Shown here piece after piece: positions 48,307 through 58,925 of a DNA stretch of 64,000 nucleotides. Each line of letters starts with the position of its first letter. Position 1 is the stretch's first letter. Source of the DNA: Candidatus Moraniibacteriota bacterium (GTDB lineage: Bacteria; Patescibacteriota; Minisyncoccia; Moranbacterales; UBA1568); the NCBI GenBank assembly GCA_030648835.1, contig JAUSGT010000001.1, positions 551 to 64,550 of the forward strand, in the 5' to 3' direction. The notes under the pieces are model-generated. The model was not told the DNA's origin, searched no databases, and saw only the letters and a program-made list of their open reading frames with translations. The position numbers and the translations under genes were made by a program.

Positions 48307-49647
48307 ATGAACAAAATTATCATCGATATTGCCGGCATGCACTGCCGTTCCTGCGAACTGGTAACAGAAGACGAGCTTTTGTCGGTGCCGGGCGTGAAGA
48401 AAGTGAAAACTCATTTCCGTTCGGGCGTGGCGGAAGTATTTTATGAAGAGACGCGGCCGGACGTGAAAGCGCTCGAGAGAGCGATACGCAATGCCGGGTA
48501 CGAAGTAGGCAAAGGGGAGAGACCATGGGTGACACACGATGTGGCGGCCTGGGTGGAGATGCTTTTCGCTCTGGGTATCGTCTTTGTGCTTTATGTGATT
48601 GCCAAATCGTTCGGATTGTTCGATATTTCTCTCGGTTCATCCGCGAAGCTCTCCAGTCTTCCATTTGTGCTTCTCTTGGGTTTGGTAGCGGGACTTTCGA
48701 CTTGTATGGCGATGGTGGGCGGATTGGTATTGGCGGTAATGGCGCGTTACAGCGAGATGCACCCGACAGCCGGTGTACGGCAGAAATTCATCCCCAATGT
48801 GTATTTTAACGCGGGACGTGTTTTGGGATTCGCATTTTTTGGTGGGTTGCTGGGGCTTTTTGGTTCGACATTTCAGTTATCGGCGCTTTCCGTCGGGACA
48901 CTGACACTTATCATCGGAGGCGTTATGCTTTTGGTCGGATTCCAACTGTTGGAACTATTTCCACGTCTTTCGGCCTGGAAGCTGACATTGCCGAAAAGCA
49001 TTGCCAAGTTGTTTGGAGTGCAAGCGCATGCCAAAAAAGAATATAGTCACAGTCGAGCGATGTTGCTCGGCGCATTGACGTTTTTCTTGCCGTGCGGATT
49101 CACGCAATTGACGCAACTCTTCGTCGTGACGACTGCTAATCCGTTTGTCGGCGCGCTGACGATGGGAGTGTTCGCTCTGGGGACGGCTCCGGGACTCTTG
49201 GGAATCGGAGGAGTAGCGGCAGCAGCGCAGGGGACATTCAAAAGGTTTTTCTTCAAAACGGCAGGGGTGATCGTCATCGCGCTCGGTATTTTCAATTTCC
49301 AGAACGGATCCGTGTTGGTAAGGCTGGGTTCGGCATCGTCTCAAGGAGTGAGAGAGACGATAATTGGAGCTCCGGCTAAAAATGTGCAGACTATCCGTAT
49401 CACACAGAAGGCGAATGGTTATTTCCCGAAGACACTCACGGTAAAAAAGGGACAGCCGGTGAAGTTGATTGTGGATTCACAGGATTCTTATACATGCGCG
49501 ACGAGTTTTATGATGCCGAAGGCGGGCATCAGGAAGGCGCTTCAGCCGGGAGAAAATGTATTTGAATTCACACCGGATGAATCGGGAGCTATCCCATTCT
49601 CCTGCTCGATGGGGATGTATCGGGGGGTTATCAATGTGGTTGATTAA
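48307..49647 (+). CDS. Heavy-metal-associated (HMA) domain membrane protein with a C-terminal cupredoxin-like domain
   Basis: N-terminal HMA domain 'GMHCRSCE', about 6 TM helices with intramembrane Cys ('STCMAMV', 'FFLPCGF'), and a soluble C-terminal beta-sandwich ('CSMGMYRG'). The start is set at the internal MNKIII. Confidence 0.55.
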   Translation: MNKIIIDIAGMHCRSCELVTEDELLSVPGVKKVKTHFRSGVAEVFYEETRPDVKALERAIRNAGYEVGKGERPWVTHDVAAWVEMLFALGIVFVLYVIAKSFGLFDISLGSSAKLSSLPFVLLLGLVAGLSTCMAMVGGLVLAVMARYSEMHPTAGVRQKFIPNVYFNAGRVLGFAFFGGLLGLFGSTFQLSALSVGTLTLIIGGVMLLVGFQLLELFPRLSAWKLTLPKSIAKLFGVQAHAKKEYSHSRAMLLGALTFFLPCGFTQLTQLFVVTTANPFVGALTMGVFALGTAPGLLGIGGVAAAAQGTFKRFFFKTAGVIVIALGIFNFQNGSVLVRLGSASSQGVRETIIGAPAKNVQTIRITQKANGYFPKTLTVKKGQPVKLIVDSQDSYTCATSFMMPKAGIRKALQPGENVFEFTPDESGAIPFSCSMGMYRGVINVVD

Positions 49648-49658
49648 TACATAATTAT

Positions 49659-52070
49659 ATGAACACAACACAATCAGTAGGTACGGAAAAAAGAATAGAC
49701 CTTTCTCTCACGGGGATGCACTGCGCTTCCTGCGCCAATATCATCGAGCGAACTCTGAAAAAAGTGGAAGGCGTGAAGCAAGCACATGTCAATTACGGTA
49801 CGGAAAAAGCCACTATCGTGTTTGACACCGGCCAAGTCAGCGTTTCCGCTTTGCAGGCAGCCGTGAAAGGAGTCGGTTACACGGCGGAAGAAATCAATCC
49901 TAAGGATACCGAATTTGAAAAAAAGAAACGGGAGCGGGTGGAAGGCGAATATCGGCAGAAATTCATTTGGGGGCTGGCGTTTTCTTTGCCGATGTTCTAC
50001 TTTATGTTGTTTGATTTCTTCGGTCTTTGGGGCAAAGAAACATTGTCGCCATATATCGGTGTCATATCGCTTCTTTTGACATTGCCGGTGCAGTTTTGGA
50101 TCGGGGCGGGATTTTATCGTGGCGCGTGGTCATCGCTCAAGATGAAGATGTTCAATATGGATAGCCTCATCGCCATCGGCACGACGACGGCCTTCGCTTA
50201 TAGCACGGTGAACTATTTCCTGTATGTATGGAACAATAATTCTTGGGTCGGACTCTCCGGAGCAAAAATTCCGGAATTGTATTTCGAGACGGCTGCCTTT
50301 CTTATCACATTCGTCACTCTCGGAAAATGGTTGGAAGCACGAACCAAGGGGAAAACATCGGATGCTATCCGCAAATTGATGGGACTGCAAGCCAAGACGG
50401 CGCGCGTAGTACGAAACGGTGCGACGATAGATATACCGGTGGAAGAAGTGGCCCATGGTGATATTGTCGTGGTACGTCCCGGAGAACGGATTCCTGTCGA
50501 CGGAAAACTTACACAGGGGCATTCTGCGATTGATGAATCGATGATTACCGGGGAGAGCATTCCGGTAGAAAAAAATGTTGGTGATACCGTGATTGGCGGA
50601 ACCGTCAATAAGGTAGGGAGTTTTGAATTTGAAGCGACGCGCGTGGGGAGCGAAACGACACTGGCGAATATCGTGCGACTGGTTGAAGAAGCACAAGGGT
50701 CGAAAGCACCCATTCAGGATTTTGCTGACCGAATATCGATGTGGTTTGTACCGGCGGTTATCATTGTTGCGATACTGACCTTTGTCGTCTGGTATGTGCT
50801 GCTCGGATCGACACTCTCATTCGCGCTTATGGCATTCACGGCGGTGATCGTTATTGCTTGTCCGTGCGCATTGGGATTGGCAACACCGACGGCCCTTATG
50901 GTGGGGACGGGCAAAGGAGCGGAGAACGGCATTCTTATCAAAGGGGGCATTCCGCTTGAGGCGACGAGAAATATTACGGCTATCATTTTCGATAAGACAG
51001 GAACGATTACCGAAGGGAAGCCGGTAGTGACAGAAATTCTTTCTTTTGGCGCGTTTGAGAAAAATAAAATTCTTGAATCAGCCGCGGCGCTGGAGAGGCA
51101 ATCCGAGCATCCTTTGGCGGAAGCGATCTACACCTACGCGGAAGGGCAAAAACTGATTCTTCCGCATGTGAGTGATTTTCAGGCTATGCCGGGCAAAGGT
51201 GTGCGTGGCAGAGTGGCGGATACGGAATACTTTTTCGGGAACAAAAAACTGGTAAAGGACAGTGGGATCGTTCTCTCGGAAGAAGTGGAGCAAAAAATTT
51301 CTTTGCTTGAAACGCGGGGGAATACCGTTATGTATCTTATGTCCAAGACAGAGGTCCTCGGGGCTATCGCCGTGGCGGATACGGTGAAAGAAACATCGAA
51401 AGTTGCGGTCGAGCAACTGAAAAAAATTGGCCTGGAAGTATGGATGATCACCGGCGATAATGAGCGGACGGCGCGGGCTATTGCGAGTGAGGTCGGCATT
51501 GAAAACGTGATGGCAGGGGTGCTTCCGGAAGAGAAGTCCGCCAAAGTGAAAGAACTGCAAGCGCAGGGAAAGAAGGTAGCGATGGTTGGTGATGGTATCA
51601 ATGATGCCCCAGCGTTGGCACAAGCGGACCTCGGTATCGCGATGGGAGCGGGAACGGACGTGGCGATGGAAACCGGTGGTATCGTGCTTATGAAAAACGA
51701 TTTGCGTGACGTAGTGACGGCCTTCGAACTGTCAAAAGAGACCATGGATAAGATCAAACAGAATCTTTTCTTCGCGTTGTTTTACAACGTGATGGGGATT
51801 CCGATTGCCGCGCGCGTGTTCATCGGGCTTGGTTTGGTCTTGAAGCCGGAGCTGGCGGGTTTGGCTATGGCGTTTTCGTCGGTATCGGTGGTGGGCAATT
51901 CACTCCTTCTCAGATTTTTTCGTCCCGGCAAGAAAAACTGGGTGTCCTTTGTCGCACCTCTTGTGATGATTTCCCTCTTCTCTTTCTTATTTTTTCAATT
52001 CGCTCGTTTGAGTAGCGCCCAGGATATGAATGGAGGAAAAACAATCGAAGTCAGAGCGAATAATGAGTAA
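49659..52070 (+). CDS. copA: Copper-translocating P1B-type ATPase
   Basis: 803 aa. N-terminal HMA 'GMHCASCA', TM6 'CPC', phosphorylation site 'DKTGTIT', hinge '[10 protein letters not shown]'. Confidence 0.9.
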   Translation: MNTTQSVGTEKRIDLSLTGMHCASCANIIERTLKKVEGVKQAHVNYGTEKATIVFDTGQVSVSALQAAVKGVGYTAEEINPKDTEFEKKKRERVEGEYRQKFIWGLAFSLPMFYFMLFDFFGLWGKETLSPYIGVISLLLTLPVQFWIGAGFYRGAWSSLKMKMFNMDSLIAIGTTTAFAYSTVNYFLYVWNNNSWVGLSGAKIPELYFETAAFLITFVTLGKWLEARTKGKTSDAIRKLMGLQAKTARVVRNGATIDIPVEEVAHGDIVVVRPGERIPVDGKLTQGHSAIDESMITGESIPVEKNVGDTVIGGTVNKVGSFEFEATRVGSETTLANIVRLVEEAQGSKAPIQDFADRISMWFVPAVIIVAILTFVVWYVLLGSTLSFALMAFTAVIVIACPCALGLATPTALMVGTGKGAENGILIKGGIPLEATRNITAIIFDKTGTITEGKPVVTEILSFGAFEKNKILESAAALERQSEHPLAEAIYTYAEGQKLILPHVSDFQAMPGKGVRGRVADTEYFFGNKKLVKDSGIVLSEEVEQKISLLETRGNTVMYLMSKTEVLGAIAVADTVKETSKVAVEQLKKIGLEVWMITGDNERTARAIASEVGIENVMAGVLPEEKSAKVKELQAQGKKVAMVGDGINDAPALAQADLGIAMGAGTDVAMETGGIVLMKNDLRDVVTAFELSKETMDKIKQNLFFALFYNVMGIPIAARVFIGLGLVLKPELAGLAMAFSSVSVVGNSLLLRFFRPGKKNWVSFVAPLVMISLFSFLFFQFARLSSAQDMNGGKTIEVRANNE

Positions 52071-52079
52071 AATATTCAT

Positions 52080-52622
52080 ATGGTTCAGAAAAAAATTCTC
52101 TTGTACACAGGTGTAGTAGTTGTCGTGTTGGCAATTGCCGGAGGAATGGCATTCTCCCGTTCTACAGGGGGGCCCGGAGGAAAAGACACAATCGGTATTT
52201 CTCAACCAACTGTGTCAGATACGTCCGAACAAGCTATCCCGGCAGTGATAGAACGCCAGGCAACGGTTTATAAGGAGGCGACGTGCGGATGTTGTCTGGG
52301 CTATGTTGCCGAGCTAAAAAAACAAGGATTCACAGTGGATGTGAAATCTCTGGGAGATGAAGATATGACCGCCGTAAAAGAACGGTATGGTATTTCGGAA
52401 GACAAGCAAAGCTGCCATACGACGATCATCGGAGATTATTTCATCGAAGGGCATGTACCGATAGAGGCGGTAGAGAAATTGTTGATCGAAAAACCGAAGA
52501 TCGCCGGTATCGGGTTGCCCGGGATGCCGCTCGGAACACCGGGGATGCCCGGCGTGAAACAAGTCCCCTATGAGATATATGAAAAAGCGGGAGACACATT
52601 CTCGGAATTTATGAAGCTGTAA
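52080..52622 (+). CDS. DUF411-like secreted metal-binding protein
   Basis: 180 aa with an anchor and 'TCGCCLGY...HVPIEAVEKLL'. It resembles DUF411 proteins, which are often linked to copper loci. Confidence 0.45.
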   Translation: MVQKKILLYTGVVVVVLAIAGGMAFSRSTGGPGGKDTIGISQPTVSDTSEQAIPAVIERQATVYKEATCGCCLGYVAELKKQGFTVDVKSLGDEDMTAVKERYGISEDKQSCHTTIIGDYFIEGHVPIEAVEKLLIEKPKIAGIGLPGMPLGTPGMPGVKQVPYEIYEKAGDTFSEFMKL

Positions 52623-52628
52623 CAATCA

Positions 52629-53207
52629 ATGAAAAAATTGATTATCATTCTTCTCATACTGGGCCTTATGGAAGGGATCGTCTGGTGGGTGTATCGCAGC
52701 TTTACTTCTGAAGATGCCGCTCCTGATACGCAAAAAACAGTTGAGCAGAGCCAGGACAAATCTTCGGTTGAATCAAGTCAAAACAGGACAGAAGGAATTT
52801 CTCAACAGGAAGAAAAGCCTGATCCTGAAGAAAAAATTGTCCCGATCGAGGATGCCCCGCCCACAGTGGTACCGGGAAAAGACTGGAATGCAGGAAATTT
52901 CCCTCCGCCGAGCACGGAGGTAGTCAATGGAGTAACGGAACGGACTATTCATATAGGCGTGCGACAGTGGGCGTGGGATCCGCCGACAATCGTAGCAAAG
53001 AAAAGCGAACTGGTGCGGTTTGTTATTCACAATGCCGATGTAAAGCACGGATTGGTTATTCCCGATCTCGGGGTGAATCAGGATATTCCCGAAGATGGCG
53101 CCGTGGTAGAATTTATTGCGAGCAAGGTGGGGACATTTGAATTTTTCTGTTCGGTTTGGTGCGGTGAAGGTCACATGGAAATGCGGGGGAAGATTGTCGT
53201 TGAGTGA
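52629..53207 (+). CDS. Cupredoxin-domain protein with a CuA-type binuclear-site motif (COX2-like fold, stand-alone)
   Basis: 192 aa with an anchor. 'HGLVIPD...CSVWCGEGHMEM' matches the CuA ligand pattern H...C-x3-C-x3-H-x2-M. Confidence 0.55.
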   Translation: MKKLIIILLILGLMEGIVWWVYRSFTSEDAAPDTQKTVEQSQDKSSVESSQNRTEGISQQEEKPDPEEKIVPIEDAPPTVVPGKDWNAGNFPPPSTEVVNGVTERTIHIGVRQWAWDPPTIVAKKSELVRFVIHNADVKHGLVIPDLGVNQDIPEDGAVVEFIASKVGTFEFFCSVWCGEGHMEMRGKIVVE

Positions 53208-53272
53208 GAGTATACGAGCCTATTAAAAAGTGATATACTGTAGAATACCGTTAAATAACTGATGATAATCTT

Positions 53273-53860
53273 ATGAACAAGCTGTATCGTTACGCGTTTT
53301 TATTTGTTGTTTTGGCGGTTGGGTTACCGGTACATGCACAGGTGGCAGACAATACTGCGGCGAAGACTGGTGTGAGTGAAATAATGCAGGAAGAAGCGGA
53401 AGGAAAAGCAATTTGGGACAAGCTACAGAACAAACAGATAAATTGCAAAGATGTTGAAGATGATGGTTTCGATGTTCTTGGAGAATTTTTTTTCGGCAAT
53501 ATGATGGGAATCAGCCACGATACTATGAATAAAATGATGGAACAGCGGTTGGGGAAAGAGGGAGAGAAGCAAATGCATATAGCAATGGGCAAAAGACTGA
53601 GCGGATGCGAGACGGCAGCTGCCTTTCCTCAAGGCGCGAGCTATTTCGCGCCTATGATGGGATTTGGGAATATGATGGGAAATAACGTAGGAAATGTTTC
53701 ATCGGGGACGAGAGGCACTTGGGCAGGGGGTATGATGGGATATGGATATGGGAACAATCTGTCGGGTGGCTTTGGTTTTCTTTGTTTATTGACGTGGGGC
53801 GCGTTGCTCACATTTCTTGCGCTTGGGAGCGCTTTCTTTTGGAAAGGACTTAAGAAATAA
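53273..53860 (+). CDS. Secreted Met/Gly-rich protein with a C-terminal TM anchor (putative Cu(I)-binding)
   Basis: 195 aa with a signal peptide. Repeated 'MMG.GNMMGN' motifs like Met-rich copper-binding proteins. C-terminal hydrophobic helix. Confidence 0.4.
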   Translation: MNKLYRYAFLFVVLAVGLPVHAQVADNTAAKTGVSEIMQEEAEGKAIWDKLQNKQINCKDVEDDGFDVLGEFFFGNMMGISHDTMNKMMEQRLGKEGEKQMHIAMGKRLSGCETAAAFPQGASYFAPMMGFGNMMGNNVGNVSSGTRGTWAGGMMGYGYGNNLSGGFGFLCLLTWGALLTFLALGSAFFWKGLKK

Positions 53861-53871
53861 TCCTTAGCAGT

Positions 53872-54267
53872 ATGGACACGACAAACTATGGATTTAGCCG
53901 TGTCGTGACGCTCTCGTTTACGGAGGCAGTTACGGCAGTGAAAGCTGCCCTCGCCAAGGAGGGGTTTGGTCAGTTGACCGAGATCGATGTGCAGGCTAAA
54001 TTGAAAGAGAAAGTGGGAGCAGATATGGAACCGTATGTGATTCTGGGGATGTGTAAACCTCAGTTGGCACATCAAGCACTTCTTATAGAAACTGAGATCG
54101 GTTTGCTTTTGCCGTGCAATGTTATCGTGTATGAGAAAGGCGGTAGCGTACATGTCGCGGCCCAGAAGCCGAGTCTTATGTCGCAAGTCGTAGGGAAAGA
54201 AGCATTGAAGGCAGTGGCCGATGAAGCAGAGAAGCATATTCTCGCGGCGTTGGATTCTATTACGTAG
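53872..54267 (+). CDS. DUF302 domain protein
   Basis: 131 aa with 'LTEIDVQAKLKEKVG...YVILGMCKP', the typical DUF302 pattern. Confidence 0.55.
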   Translation: MDTTNYGFSRVVTLSFTEAVTAVKAALAKEGFGQLTEIDVQAKLKEKVGADMEPYVILGMCKPQLAHQALLIETEIGLLLPCNVIVYEKGGSVHVAAQKPSLMSQVVGKEALKAVADEAEKHILAALDSIT

Positions 54268-54291
54268 TAAATAATTATTAAATACAAGAGT

Positions 54292-54540
54292 ATGATGGGA
54301 AGCTATTTTGGAGGCGGGTATGGGTTTGGAGGATTTGGGTTTATTTTTATGATTCTTTTTTGGGGATTGATTGTCTGGGCTATTATCGCGGGCGTGAGAA
54401 TGGTGTCCGGTAAGGAGGGGCATTCATGCTGTGGCGGGACAAAAGGGGACGAGGCTCAAAAGGTGCTCCGCGCGCGCTATGCTAAAGGGGAAATCACCAA
54501 GGAACAGTTTGACCAGATGAGAAAAGATCTGGGCGCGTAG
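54292..54540 (+). CDS. SHOCT-domain membrane protein
   Basis: 82 aa. Gly-rich N-terminus, one TM helix, and a C-terminal 'LRARYAKGEITKEQFDQMRKDL' SHOCT motif. Confidence 0.55.
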   Translation: MMGSYFGGGYGFGGFGFIFMILFWGLIVWAIIAGVRMVSGKEGHSCCGGTKGDEAQKVLRARYAKGEITKEQFDQMRKDLGA

Positions 54541-54585
54541 ATTGCACGGTAGAATCGAACGGGGTAGAATAGGGGGGGGTGCGTA

Positions 54586-55164
54586 ATGGATTACGCGTTT
54601 TTCTTTGTGTTTTTTGCAGTCACTATGGGAGATAAAGCGTCCGAACAAATTTTCTTTTCACTCTATGAGAGCCAATCGGATGCTCTCTTTCGTTTCGTTT
54701 TTTTCCGAGTGAGTGACCGTGAAGCGGCCAAAGATATCGTTCAAGAAGCCTTTCTCAAAATGTGGGAGACGCTTTCTTCGGGCCGAGACATAAAAAACAA
54801 TCGAGCGTTTCTTTTTCGGATTGCTTCCAATCTTGTGATTGACCGCTATCGGAAAGCCAAAGAATATTCTCTGGATAGTCTGGCCGAACAAGGTTTTGAT
54901 GCTCCGGATGATCCCGGGATACCGATTGAGGCCAAGATCGATACCGATCAAGCACTGGAAATCCTTCAGAGTCTCCCGGACAAGTTTCACGAGGCGGTCT
55001 GGCTCAGAATGGTGGAAGAATGGTCGGTGCAGGATATTGCAGCGCTCTTGGACGAGACACAGAACGCGGTATCCGTCCGTATCCATCGCGGGCTCAAGCT
55101 TTGGCGCAAGCGCCTGAGCGAAGCCACCGGTAAGAAACCCGGTCTTGAAACGTCATCAGATTGA
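54586..55164 (+). CDS. ECF-type RNA polymerase sigma-70 factor
   Basis: Region 2 'RVSDREAAKDIVQEAFLKMWE' and region 4 'QDIAALLDETQNAVSVRIHRGLKLWR'. The start is possibly at the internal MGDKAS. Confidence 0.8.
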   Translation: MDYAFFFVFFAVTMGDKASEQIFFSLYESQSDALFRFVFFRVSDREAAKDIVQEAFLKMWETLSSGRDIKNNRAFLFRIASNLVIDRYRKAKEYSLDSLAEQGFDAPDDPGIPIEAKIDTDQALEILQSLPDKFHEAVWLRMVEEWSVQDIAALLDETQNAVSVRIHRGLKLWRKRLSEATGKKPGLETSSD

Positions 55165-56072
55165 AGTATTATATGTATAAAAACAGTCAAAACATGAGTA
55201 TCGGAGAGGGTGAGCGCGAAGCGTTTGTTTTGCTTCGTTCGCAGAGACTCTCGGTTGAGGAAAAAAGTGTGATGAGAAAAGCGCTCCAAACGTCGATGAA
55301 CCAGGTAAAAACAGTTGTTTCGCAGCCGGAGCGTCGAACAATTGGTTTCTTCTCGTTTTTTCTGGGACGCTCATTTGCGGTATCGGCGCTCTCTCTCATA
55401 CTTATTGTTGGGAGCAGTTTTGGCGTTGCGAGAGCCGCGGAGCGGGCGCTTCCGGGCGAGACTCTTTATCCGGTGAAGATCAAGGTGAACGAGCCATTCA
55501 TGGCGAGTTTCAAATATTCCGATACGGCGCGCAGAGAGTGGGAACACGAGCGGGTGGAGCGGAGAATGGCGGAGGCTGAAGCGCTTGCAGAGGAGGGGCG
55601 GCTCGGCGAGGACGAGAAAAACGAAATTGAACAGCAACTCTCCGAACGGCGAAAAACACTCGAAGAGATTGAGGGGCGTGATCTTGATGATGATGAATTC
55701 ATCCCGCAGCAGGCCGGAGACAAGACCAAGAAAACCCGAGTGCGTTTCGAACGTCAAGAAAATGAAGTTCGCGCTCATATTGAGGAACAAGACAGCGATG
55801 ATGAGAGTGACGAAAATGAAGAAGCTCGTTCATCATCCGAAAAACGCACTGACGGAGAAATGGAACAAAAAAGAGGGAATGAAGAAAGTAAATCGAATTC
55901 GAAAGTGGCAACGGACAGACAAAAAACTTCAGATCAGAAAAGAGGGGAAGAGAGCAATAGTAAGAGTTCTTCTTCCAGTCAAAATAGCTCATCTGATGAT
56001 CAAGAATCCGGACAAGATAGTACTGAGCAGGATGGTGGAGGGGATGGTAGTGACGTCGAGGAAAACCAATAG
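55161..56072 (+). CDS. Putative anti-sigma factor (single-pass membrane protein with a highly charged periplasmic tail)
   Basis: Overlaps the sigma gene's stop. Cytoplasmic N-terminus, one TM helix 'FFSFFLGRSFAVSALSLILIVG', then an E/R-rich coiled region and an S/D/E-rich tail. The call rests on position and topology. Confidence 0.4.
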   Translation: MKYYMYKNSQNMSIGEGEREAFVLLRSQRLSVEEKSVMRKALQTSMNQVKTVVSQPERRTIGFFSFFLGRSFAVSALSLILIVGSSFGVARAAERALPGETLYPVKIKVNEPFMASFKYSDTARREWEHERVERRMAEAEALAEEGRLGEDEKNEIEQQLSERRKTLEEIEGRDLDDDEFIPQQAGDKTKKTRVRFERQENEVRAHIEEQDSDDESDENEEARSSSEKRTDGEMEQKRGNEESKSNSKVATDRQKTSDQKRGEESNSKSSSSSQNSSSDDQESGQDSTEQDGGGDGSDVEENQ

Positions 56073-56141
56073 GGATGAATGTTGTGTAAGATTCTCTACC
56101 GAGTGGCGTCTCAGGTAGTGTAATCAGTAACACATAAAGAT

Positions 56142-56564
56142 ATGCAGGTAAATAAAAACATTGTCGGATTGGCAGTGGCGGTAGTGGGGCTGACACTTGC
56201 GGCGCAAGTTCCGGGAGTTTTGGCTCAAGGCGGAGAGAACAACCGGTCGGAACAGAGTCCAATTTCCGAGGCGGCCGTAGCCATCAGTGAAGCGCGGGCT
56301 ATTGAGATTGCCCAAGGAGAGCTTCCTGGTACTGTGAGGAAAGCTCATCTTGATATGGAGCGAGGCACAGCCACTTGGAAGGTTCGTATTATTTCGGCTG
56401 ATGGTTTCCAACGGGGTAGTTTCCGGATTGATGCCAACACTGGCGCTCTCCTGAAGTCCATAATCAAACCGATTGGGATCAAACATGCTGATCGAGGAGA
56501 CAAATTTGAAAAGAAGGGACGACATCTTGGAGAAAGAAATCGCTGGTTTGAGTCGAGACGCTAA
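56142..56564 (+). CDS. PepSY-domain secreted protein
   Basis: 140 aa with a signal peptide and 'ISEARAIEIAQGELPGTVRKAHLDMERGTATWKVRI', the PepSY signature. Confidence 0.55.
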   Translation: MQVNKNIVGLAVAVVGLTLAAQVPGVLAQGGENNRSEQSPISEAAVAISEARAIEIAQGELPGTVRKAHLDMERGTATWKVRIISADGFQRGSFRIDANTGALLKSIIKPIGIKHADRGDKFEKKGRHLGERNRWFESRR

Positions 56565-56641
56565 CGTAGGGGGCAGAAAAATTGAATAACGAGAAAAATC
56601 CCCGGAAATTCTCCGGGGTTTTTGTTTTGTCTTTACTCATG

Positions 56642-57148
56642 TTATTTCTTTTTATCTTCGAGTTCGCGAATTTCTTGCAAGAGCTCCCTCAGGATATTTT
56701 CAATATGGTAAATTTTTTCTTGGTCATGCTGATGTTTGAGGGCTGATTCCTCATCCCCTTTTTCCAATTCTTCACCGAGGTCATCCACATCCTCACTGAT
56801 TTCTTCCACGTCTTCTTGGATGACATCAATATCTTTGGAAATTTCTTCCACATCTTCGGAAATGTCCTCCACATCCTGGCTGACCTCGGTCAGTTTGTGG
56901 GCCTGGCGGTTGACGGTCATCTGGATGAAGATCGAGAGATAGATAGCTTCGAGTGAGACGACGGTGGTGAGAATGAGCATAATTTGGTCGAAGCTGAATC
57001 CGAGCCATTGTAGCGAAAAAATTCCCACAAAAAAAACGGTATGTAAGACCAAGGAAGTGAGCGACCCTATATGCTGCGTTGTGGTAAGCGCGAGGTGCTC
57101 AAGCCGCAAAGAGGGTTTTCGTAGATTGTTTCTTGGTGGATGATCCAT
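56642..57148 (-). CDS. DUF1003-like membrane protein with an acidic repeat tail
   Basis: 168 aa. Two TM helices and the 'QMTVNRQAHKL' motif, then a repeated 'EDVEEISEDV' acidic tail. Confidence 0.5.
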   Translation of the reverse strand: MDHPPRNNLRKPSLRLEHLALTTTQHIGSLTSLVLHTVFFVGIFSLQWLGFSFDQIMLILTTVVSLEAIYLSIFIQMTVNRQAHKLTEVSQDVEDISEDVEEISKDIDVIQEDVEEISEDVDDLGEELEKGDEESALKHQHDQEKIYHIENILRELLQEIRELEDKKK

Positions 57149-57266
57149 TATATTTTCAGTATAATTGCTTTTCTTTTTTTTGGAAAGAAAATTACCCCTG
57201 TTTGCCCGGTGTGTGGGGGTATAGTCCGAGGGTGTATAATAAAAAAGAGATATATAACCTATTTTT

Positions 57267-57551
57267 ATGAAAAATATATTTGAAAGTAACGCTGTTAAAG
57301 TTGAAGACGCAGGAAATCAGTTGACCCAATTCAGCTACTTTACAGATATTGATCAGATAAGAAAATTGATAGAGGAAACCAATTTTAGTACGCTTGAAGA
57401 GTATCTTGGTAAGTCAACAGCTGAACTGGACTCCGTGAAACCCGGAATCTGTGCCAAATACAATAGTCTTATCGTAGAGTTAAAGAACCCCGATCTCTCT
57501 TTTGAGAATTTTCAAGCGATTATGAAGAAAACATTTGAGTTGGTGCGGTAG
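57267..57551 (+). CDS. Hypothetical small protein
   Basis: 94 aa ORF, not recognised. It is placed between regulatory genes. Confidence 0.3.
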   Translation: MKNIFESNAVKVEDAGNQLTQFSYFTDIDQIRKLIEETNFSTLEEYLGKSTAELDSVKPGICAKYNSLIVELKNPDLSFENFQAIMKKTFELVR

Positions 57552-57609
57552 AGGGTGTGCCTTCTTGTGCCTCTATGAGTAGGGTTTTTGCAACCCGGTT
57601 TTCTCGTGT

Positions 57610-58746
57610 ATGATAGGGATACAACTAAGTAATATTTGGACGTTTCACGTCCAAATGGTAGGTGGTATGTCTTTTATGGAAACGGCCGATACGCTGAACA
57701 AGGCACTAAATAGCTCTCTTGGAGTGTTTCTTATCTCGGATCCGAGTGGGACGGCTCTGTATGCCAACTTGGCTACCGAGAAACGCACAGGGTTTTCCGT
57801 GGGGGAGATCATCGGCAAGGCGCCGGGGAAACTCTGGGGTGGTCAGATGCCTCGGGCCTTCTACAACAAATTGTGGGCGACGATCGGGGAGAAGCAGATA
57901 CCATTCGTGGCGACGGTGACGAACGTGCGCAAGGACAAGGCACGCTATCCGGAACTTATGGCTATCGCGCCAATCATCGGAAAGGGGAAAAAGACACCGG
58001 ACTATTTTATCGCTTTTGAAATGAGCCATTTGGAAGGCAAAGCGCCTCGGGAACGCTTCGAGCGTGAGTTTCAAAAGGTTTTTTCCAAAAAGGGGGCTCT
58101 GAACGATGAAGATCGATTGCGTTATATATTACAGACGCTTGGTTCCAAGCATGCGGCGCCGAGAATGGAAGGGAAATCACTGCCGGAAATTTTTCGGGAA
58201 ACGTTGGTAGGGCCATTCGAAGAGCGTTTTCGGGCCCGGAAAGTCGATCATGAGCTCATTTTGGCCGCCCAGACGGATCCGAAGCAGTTTCAAGCGTTGT
58301 ACAACAAATATCGGCATACGATTTTTGTTTATTTCATGCGGCACGCCGAGGGCAATATCGAGATTGCCGAGGATTTGGCCCAGGACACGTTCTATCGGGC
58401 GCTTCGGTACTTGGAGAACTTCCGCCTCACCAACGCGTCGTACGGCACCTATTTGCTGCGTGTGGCGCACAACGTGCTCATCAATTATTTCCGTAAGAAG
58501 CAGTTTCTCTCCATCATTGATGAAACCATCCTGGACAAGGTTACGCCGGAAGTTTGTCAGCTTTCTGAAGACACACTCTGGCAATCGCCGAGTCTCCTCA
58601 CAACCGAGCGCAAGGTGCTCTCAATGAAGTATCAAGAGGGCTTTTCGATTCATGAAATAGCCACTATGTTGGGGAAGAGCGAGAATGCCGTAAAGCTCCA
58701 TTTGAGCCGGGCTCGGAAGAAACTCCGCAATACTCTTATAGGGTAA
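57610..58746 (+). CDS. PAS-domain protein fused to a sigma-70-like region 2/region 4 module
   Basis: 378 aa. The N-terminal about 130 aa look PAS-like ('FLISDPSGTALYANLATEKRTGFSVGEIIGKAP'). The C-terminus has region 2 'YNKYRHTIFVYFMRHAEG...AEDLAQDTFYRA' and region 4 'FSIHEIATMLGKSENAVKLHLSRARKKLR'. Confidence 0.55.
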   Translation: MIGIQLSNIWTFHVQMVGGMSFMETADTLNKALNSSLGVFLISDPSGTALYANLATEKRTGFSVGEIIGKAPGKLWGGQMPRAFYNKLWATIGEKQIPFVATVTNVRKDKARYPELMAIAPIIGKGKKTPDYFIAFEMSHLEGKAPRERFEREFQKVFSKKGALNDEDRLRYILQTLGSKHAAPRMEGKSLPEIFRETLVGPFEERFRARKVDHELILAAQTDPKQFQALYNKYRHTIFVYFMRHAEGNIEIAEDLAQDTFYRALRYLENFRLTNASYGTYLLRVAHNVLINYFRKKQFLSIIDETILDKVTPEVCQLSEDTLWQSPSLLTTERKVLSMKYQEGFSIHEIATMLGKSENAVKLHLSRARKKLRNTLIG

Positions 58747-58925
58747 GTGAGAGAAAGCCGTTTTCTCCGATAAAAAGTGAAAATCTACCAGATATTGTGG
58801 TTTTGGGTGTCGCGATGACACCTTTTCTGTTTTCAGGTGTTTAACTCTATGCAAGAGAAAAACGCTTCGGGGGAAGTCGTTTTTTCTTCTCTCAATAACC
58901 GATAATTAAAACAAAAAACGCGCTT

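Noticed and set aside
58780-58925. Possible NrdR box upstream of nrdD ('ACCAGATATTGTGG')
   Set aside because: It is only a partial, non-palindromic match to the NrdR consensus (acaCwAtATaTwGtgt-like). No nrdR gene is in the window. Not called.
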